Assembly (NCBI RefSeq): GCF_008831285.2
Contig: NC_045138.2
Coordinates: forward strand, 15,748,001 to 15,812,000
DNA length: 64,000 bases
Direction of reading: 5' to 3'
Source of the DNA: Nymphaea colorata
Taxonomy: Eukaryota
The position numbers and the translations under genes were made by a program. A model generated the notes under the pieces. That model had not been told where the DNA came from and made no database searches. It was given only the letters and a program-made list of their open reading frames with translations. Of this stretch, positions 57,105 to 64,000 are shown in pieces (the stretch's first letter is position 1; each line of letters opens with the position of its first letter).

Positions 57105-57760
57105 CATATGAGGAGTCGCGAGGTACCTAATTGACAATGTTTTCGCTACGTCAAACCCAGATGTAATTCTTTGCCTTATTGACGATGGAAAAGAGGGAGT
57201 TTTTAGTTCTCAAACAATTAGATTTGTGAATATAAGCACAAGCTGTGCTTGGGAGTTGGATGACCTAGCTAGGTCAGATAAAAGTGAATCACATTAAAGT
57301 TTAATTACACACACACCCACAAATATATAACTAATTAATTGAAAATGTTTTTCTCCACTTATATGTTAAGAAGGCGTTAATTATCCACCAGAAGAAATTA
57401 TCACAAATTATGATGTGGCGATTGCTCAGAAGAAATTATAAAAAATTATGATGCGGTGATTGCATTAGACATGACCTTCTCTAATGCAAACGCACCATTC
57501 TAAGCCTGTTACCATACATATATCAAGTCAGCCCAGCTTGGCCTAGCTAGATAAGAGCCGATCCATCATCGTGTGGCTAATTCACACATTAACAAAGACG
57601 GGAATAGCAAGAGATAATGATGGAGACATGAGACACCAAATGCCTTGCCAAGTAGGTGCTGCAAAGGTGACATGTCATCTCGAGTGAATAGAAAGCTCAA
57701 TGACCCCCTTTCCCAACTTTTGAAGTTGTGGGTTGCACCGGGGATTTGAGTGGGGTACGG

Positions 57761-58281
57761 GCTCTCTCGTTCTTGGCCAATTTCTTTTTATTGGGATATT
57801 TGGCATTTAGTTGAAAGTGGATTCACCAAATTCAGAAATCCAAACATCATTCACAGACAGCCCTGTGCATATAAAAAATGGCGACTCTGGGTATGCAATC
57901 CACGTTATATATGGAGATATTTCAATTATTTTTGCATGGACTTGTTTTAAGGATTGGATCTACTAAAGATTTGATTTAGTTTTAACGACTCTTTTTTAGT
58001 ATAAGTAAACTTCGTTGGAATTCAACATGCGAATTCGGTGCAAATTCTAGATAATTGTAGAGGTAACCGTAGCTGGTGGACTTGAGTTTGTGTTTCCATA
58101 GACAATCTTAGATTTTTTTTTTTTTCTGAAAAATTTCTGCTAATTACAGTTTGGTATATTATTCTTTGCAAATCTATGGCAGATATTGCACCAATTACTG
58201 AAAATTTGAGAAATTCTTTTGATCATGCAACAAGTGCCTAGTTTTGAAGAACGATTATGGATTCAAACAAAAAATGCGGTT
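57761..58281. repeat. Third copy of the repeat-A outer arm (left-arm orientation), interrupted by a ~240-bp insertion
   Basis: 57761-57794 and 58037-58281 match ~52674-52918 directly and 63139-63410 in inverse. Confidence 0.92.
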
Positions 58282-60558
58282 CGTCAGCTGGATCAGCGGC
58301 TCCGCCGATTGGGTGAATTGGGCGATTCACCCATTCAGCTGAATCAGTTAATTAAAAATATTAAAAAAAATTTGTTCATAACTATAAACCATTTACATCC
58401 ATGATAATTTGTTTGCTTAATCAACTGAGGTGGTGTTGGCACTCATCTTTTGTAGATAGTTATTAACATGAGGTACTAGTTGCATGCTTTTTTCAATTCC
58501 TGATTTTGGAAGGTACTCGGACTTATTTCGACTGGTTTTTTTTGTTTGAAGATGTGGGGAAGAAGAAATGCGATATATTTATTCAGGACAGGACATGCAA
58601 GATTTACTGAAGAATATTGAACCGTGAACCATACCTAAAGAACAAACGACTGACATGATCCACCTAGATGATTTAAGACTTTAAGTTGCTTGCCACGGGG
58701 TCCATCTTTTGTTGTATATCTCATCTCGGGGAGTTGCGTGAAGAAGTAATGCCGCGACACAGGTTCACACAAAGGGATACTTTTCAAAAACAGGTTGTTC
58801 CTTCCACAGATTTGATTTGCAATCTGGGTGGGTTGAAGTTGTGTTAAGGAAAGAGTTTGTTTTTAGTAGCCATTCCAGCTCCTACCCTAACGTATATGCA
58901 TATATAGAGGCCAACTTGAACAGCTTCCGCGTAGTCATCCCAGAGATACCATTTTCTCCTTTAGATCTGATCGTAAAGTTTTCCAAATCAGTTTATTATT
59001 TTTTCCATCTCTCGACACATTCAATTTTTAGTCTCTTTATGCCCATCCAATAACGTAAAAGCTGGAGGTTGGCTTGGGTTGATGAGTGGCAGGATAAAAG
59101 AGAAAGACGATCGACGTTCTGGTTTCAAGAACACCTTAACCGAAGAAAGTAAAAAATCTTTCTTCGAATGCATAAATGATTTTCAGTGAAACTAACGGTA
59201 CAAATGTGACAATGAAGGTACAGCCTCTATTTCCACCAAACGTCTGAATCAAGTTGTTTTACAGGCCTATATGTGCCGGTGCAGCTTATTTCACTATAAA
59301 TAGAAGTTTTCTATACTGCTAGGAGCTCTGCCTCGATCGACCTGGGCTTTCGGGGCAACCTTAGAAGACTCAAGCCCAGCTCCGTACAGTCTTCTCCTCG
59401 ACCATTAGCAATTGTTGATTGCTACAACCAGATCATACTATCTATTTCTGTATCTGACAAACTTTTCAAGTGGACGACGACGTCATTAATATATGATGTT
59501 TTTATGTAAATTACTTGTTTATTTAAATATTGCTTTTGACTTTTTGTATGTATATATATATATATACGCACACCTTTTTGTATCCCGGTACCCATATGAC
59601 GGAAGCCGGTGATTTACTTAAAATATATTTGAAATAAGTTAAAATGTTTCTTTTTTCTGAAAATTTTATTTAATTAGGTGCATTTTTTCAGTGGGGAACT
59701 TACTGCAGTTTTTCTTTTAAATTTCACATTTTCAGATCATAACAATTATATTGTCTTCAAGTCATGTACTTTCGAAAACACGATAATAATAAATGTCTTA
59801 CAACAAGAGTTTGTTATTGTCCTATGAATCTATTAAAAGGAGTAAAACAGATTCTTGAATTAATACGACATAATGTTTGTAAATACTGTGCACAATATTA
59901 ACCTCAAAGAAGGCCTCTGTCCTGTTCTTACTGTCTCATTAAGACTACAAAAGGAGCTTAATAACAGTAAACGATATTGATTTTAGACAAGAAAATCGAA
60001 TATCATGTAAGCATGCAATTATTGCAAAACTTAGTAAATTATATTTATAAATGCTAAGTTGAAACTACCATCTTGGCCGCACAACATTGTTCAGGTTTAG
60101 AAATTAAGCTTTCATTATTTTTCCTTTTGGTGTAAGAATTATTTGGATTTACTTGTTCTTTTTATAAATATTGTTCATGGCTTTCATGGCTTAAGACAAA
60201 GATGTGAAGTAAAAAACGAGTTAGGTGAGAGGATTACGTACACTACGTATCTTATTAATATCCCTGAAAAGAAAAGAAGGCCCAACAAAGAAAAAAATAA
60301 ATAAAATGGAGATTGGAGAAAGGAACAGAACGTGGTTCCGAAGAGAGAGTGAAGGCAAGAGATGCAGTTAGAGAGAGAAAAGGGTATAGAAGATTGAGAC
60401 TTGAAGTAGGTCTAAAGTCTTCTTCTTCCTCTCCCTCTCGGTTTCTTAATTTTCCTCCGCCTCCTGACAGTGGGGATCGAGGAAGATCACCTGTAGTTGT
60501 TGGTAGGAGGCAAAAGAGATCGCTGGAAGAGCTGAAACTCCACACTGAACCAGCTTGC

Positions 60559-60729
60559 ATGGAAGCTGAAGGATCTGTTACCGAGACGGAGAAGCCGATA
60601 GAGGGTGGAATCAAGCTGAAGATCAAGATGAAAGCTCAAGGCTCTGCAAGAAGGAATTTCCGTCCTTGAAGTCACTGTTCGGTCATATGAGGTGCCATCC
60701 AGGCAGGGACTGGAGGGGAATTCAGCCGC
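60559..60729 (+). pseudogene. Frameshifted C2H2 zinc-finger gene fragment (KSLFGH-type finger), left copy
   Basis: MEAEGSVTETEKPIEGGIKLKIKMKAQ, then in another frame LCKKEFPSLKSLFGHMRCHPGRDWRGIQP. This matches the plant K(A/S)LFGHMRCHP...WRGI.PP finger of ZAT2/ZAT3-like proteins. The first Cys of the finger is missing at the frameshift near 60640. Confidence 0.85.
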
Positions 60730-61111
60730 ATGAGAGGTTCCAGAGCTCTATAACAGACCATGGGGCTCGGAATAAGAACGACAATCGGTGTCGTGGTGGT
60801 GCTACGAGATGGGATAGCTTTTCGTATAGAAGATTCGATCCCCGGACCTATTGATTGACCATAGATGCGAACCGATCTACCGCTATCTTAGAGAAGAGAA
60901 TTAGTTCTTCTATCGGGAGAGAACATGCAGCGGCTTACCTAGAGAAAAAACAAACCAATTCTCAAAGCAAAGGTAAGGTTGAGAGAGATCTTTTTCCGTC
61001 TCGGGGCAGGGCGAAAACGAACATATAGGACTGATCTTCCTTATGCTACTGGTCTCAAGCTGCTCAGTACTCCCCTTCCTTAAAGGCCCTCTCTTCTTGT
61101 TTCTTTTGTGT

Positions 61112-61285
61112 CCGGCGGCTGAATTCCCCTCCAGTCCCTGCCTGGATGGCACCTCATATGACCGAACAGTGACTTCAAGGACGGAAATTCCTTCTTGCAG
61201 AGCCTTGAGCTTTCATCTTGATCTTCAGCTTGATTCCACCCTCTATCGGCTTCTCCGTCTCGGTAACAGATCCTTCAGCTTCCAT
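61112..61285 (-). pseudogene. Frameshifted C2H2 zinc-finger gene fragment, right (inverted) copy
   Basis: Same sequence and same lesion on the minus strand. It continues ...WRGIQPPDTKETRREGL* into the spacer. Confidence 0.85.
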
Positions 61286-63138
61286 GCAAGCTGGTTCAGT
61301 GTGGAGTTTCAGCTCTTCCGGCGATCTCTTTTGCCTCCTACCAACAACTACAGGTGATCTTCCTCGATCCCCACTGTCAGGAGGCGGAGGAAAATTAAGA
61401 AACCGAGAGGGAGAGGAAGAAGAAGACTTTAGACCTACTTCAAGTCTCAATCTTCTATACCCCTTTCTCTCTCTAACTGCATCTCTTGCCTTCTCTCTCT
61501 CTCTTCGGAACCACGTTCTGTTCCTTTCTCCAATCTCCATTTTATTTTTTTTCTTTGTTGGGCCTTTTTTTTTTTTCCAGGGATATTAATAAGATACTTA
61601 AAGTGGATCATTGTTTGTTTAAAATTTAAATAGCGGATCATGGCGAGAAGATGCACCCTCTACCTGAAGGTTGTGAAAGAAGCCACTGGGGAGAAATGGA
61701 GTGAGGAGATGTCTTCAAACTAGTGTAAGTTTCCAACATTTATATCTAATCTGTAGGAATGCAAATTGATCAAATCTGAATAGGCTAAATACACAGGAAA
61801 CCGGATCCGGTACATCCATATAAATGGAAGAAGGCCCCCTCTACAAAGCCGATCAGCCTCCTTATTGTTAAGGACATTTTAGCCATTGACTTGGTACCTC
61901 AATGTCATACACGTAGGTGCCAACTCCGCCTACTTAAGACAATGATAATATTTGACTCGTCCAAGGGCATTCTCGGCATTGTGAAAGTAGAAAATTTTTT
62001 GCCTGATTTTTTTAAAATAAAACAAACCTATATATATATATATGTGTGTGTGTGTGTGAGAGAGACGGGGAAGCTGAGAACCGGATCTAACTGCATCCTC
62101 TCCTCAATGTAAAAACCATTATTACAAAATTAAATGTTTATTTACACAGTAGTGAATCTTTCTTGACACTTATTTAAAATCGAGGTTATCAAACACAGTA
62201 TCATGCATGAAATGAAATTACGGACAATGGCATAAGTGGGGCAAGTAACTTAAAGTTATTGTTCTCACAACTATTTTTTCAGAAATATATTTTAAATTTT
62301 TATCCAGTTCTACTGACTGTATGTCTAGTTTTTTTGTTTTCTAGGTTCCTTATGAGGTTCATCACTGTATTATATAAGAGTGCTGGGTTTTCTAAAATCA
62401 ATTCTATATTAGTTCTGATATTTTCGGTTGGTTCTTTTATTGTTTTGCTACTTTCTATTGTCATCCTTTTATCTGGCACGTTTGCTTGTTGTGGATGTTC
62501 TAGAATTTTTCCGATTATCCTCCCTAAGGTTTCTTGCTGCTGCTTTTCTAAATTCTTGTTTGTTCCTACTTAGAATCTTGGGTATCGTTCTAATGTACAC
62601 TTTTTATGCTTGAAAAAGTAGTCTTTCTTCTTGATTTCGCAATCACTTAGTCATCTTATTAACCTCACCATATGACATCATTTCCCCGTGCAGACCTTTT
62701 GCCTTAATGGGTACTCTCTGGCCTCAGTCTCTTGGTTTCTAAGAGTTCGCATTCTACTATTACTACCAATATAAAAGATACAATTCTCAACATGCAAGTT
62801 CGTGCATACAAACAAACCAACTACCTAAGCATGAACATACTGAAATGAGAAAAATATCAACAAGTTTGCCTTGGGGAAGATACTAGTTTATTCCATAGAA
62901 CTGAAAGCAAAGTACATAAGGACATTTTTACATACCATTACTTCAGACTCTACTCTTCTTCAGAAGCAATCATGCTCCTTACATCTACATCAGAGGGAGT
63001 ATCCTCCATATCTGGGATTTACAATATATATGTGATACTAGCATTGCAACTTTAAGCAAAAATAGCCACCCAGATTGCAAATCAAATCTGTGGAACAACC
63101 TGTTTTAGAAAAGTAGCATTGGAAAGCCTTTGTCAATG

Positions 63139-64000
63139 TAACCACATTTTTTGTTTGAATCCATAATCGTTCTTCAAAACTAGGCACTTATTCCATGATC
63201 AAAGGAATTTCTCAAATTTTCAGTAATTGGTACAATATCTGCCATAGATTTGCAAAAAATAATATGCCAAATTGTAATTAGCAGAAATTTTTCATAAAAA
63301 AATCTAAGATTGTCTATGGAAACACAAACTCAAGTCCACCAGCAATGGTTACCTCTAAGATTATCTAGAATTTGCACCAATAAAAAGAAGTTGCCCAAGA
63401 ACGAGAGTGCTTTGATAGAGTTATATCCGAATCCGACTTTTAAGTTATATCCGAATCAAATTTATGACTTAAGACATATGTAAATCTGATTCAAATCTGA
63501 TTTATGTACGAAAGATATATAGCAAACAATAAATGAACTATGGAACCCAATTTTAACATTACACTAGCTCAAACTTGACTGTCAAACTTCAATCTTTGGT
63601 TTTGTTTTACAAAACCGAATCAATGCAAAGAGCTCTTGGTTAAGCTAATTATGTTGAGAATCAAAGCAAAACATCAACTAGTAGTTCTGCAAAACCTACC
63701 ATTAATGCAGGAGTTGGAGAGAAAGCCCTTTCTGATCATTGCAAAACCAAAAAACGGAGATAAGAAAATGTATGCTGCTATTACTATGGCCAGTACATAA
63801 GACTCACCACAGAAATGCAACCGATTAGAGGACGCAACCTAAGTCAAAGATCTTGCACATCGATGAAATGGTTACTGAAATCATGCAAGTCCCCCACCAA
63901 AGAATAAACAGTTTGTGCAAGCAACACAGACGCGACGCATTTGCGAACAAATTTAAGGACGCGAGTGAAACAAAATATTCTGGTGCAAGTCAACAATAAC
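63139..64000. repeat. Direct duplicate of 53864-54789 (repeat-A right outer arm plus ~650 bp of its flank); runs off the window end
   Basis: Colinear match from TAACCACATTTTTTGTTTGAATCC to GGTGCAAGTCAA, with many substitutions, a ~19-bp insertion near 63691 and loss of ~75 bp (54675-54749). Confidence 0.95.

Larger units (their letters stand above)
60247..61597. repeat. Long inverted repeat B: arms 60247-60729 and 61115-61597 (~483 bp each), spacer ~385 bp
   Basis: The arms are near-identical reverse complements, shown by mirror ORFs 60313-60669 (+) / 61175-61540 (-) and 60255-60626 (-) / 61218-61589 (+). Confidence 0.97.

Noticed and set aside
60255..61589. Four ORFs of about 120 aa in the arms of repeat B
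   Set aside because: Mirror ORFs running through leader sequence and out of frame with the zinc finger. Treated as pseudogene fragments, not genes.

Overview
Intron-rich, AT-rich nuclear DNA from a flowering plant. I reconstructed nine intact protein-coding genes by reading splice sites by eye: a plastid-type tandem GST-N/thioredoxin-fold protein (863-6621 +, with two GC-AG introns), RPS10 (+), a PI-PLC X-domain protein (-), a DUF4228 protein (+), a SOUL haem-binding protein (-), an alpha carbonic anhydrase (+), a papain-family cysteine protease (-), RPS25 (-) and a mitochondrial F1Fo-ATPase inhibitor IF1-like gene (+). Mobile DNA includes an intronic TRIM retroelement that was partly tandem-duplicated, a solo LTR with a perfect 5-bp TSD, hAT-type non-autonomous elements and a nested Tourist-like MITE. 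After about 46 kb I find no intact gene. This region holds an orphan LIFEGUARD/BI1-like 5' fragment and two related fold-back loci. The first is a ~620-bp-arm inverted repeat (52662-54137). The second is a ~5.6-kb nested inverted structure (57761-63422) whose core is a ~483-bp-arm inverted duplication of a broken C2H2 zinc-finger gene. This second locus is the best candidate for something undescribed: a possible hairpin/siRNA or proto-miRNA source. All coordinates were hand-counted, no alignment, folding or database search was run, and there is no expression evidence.
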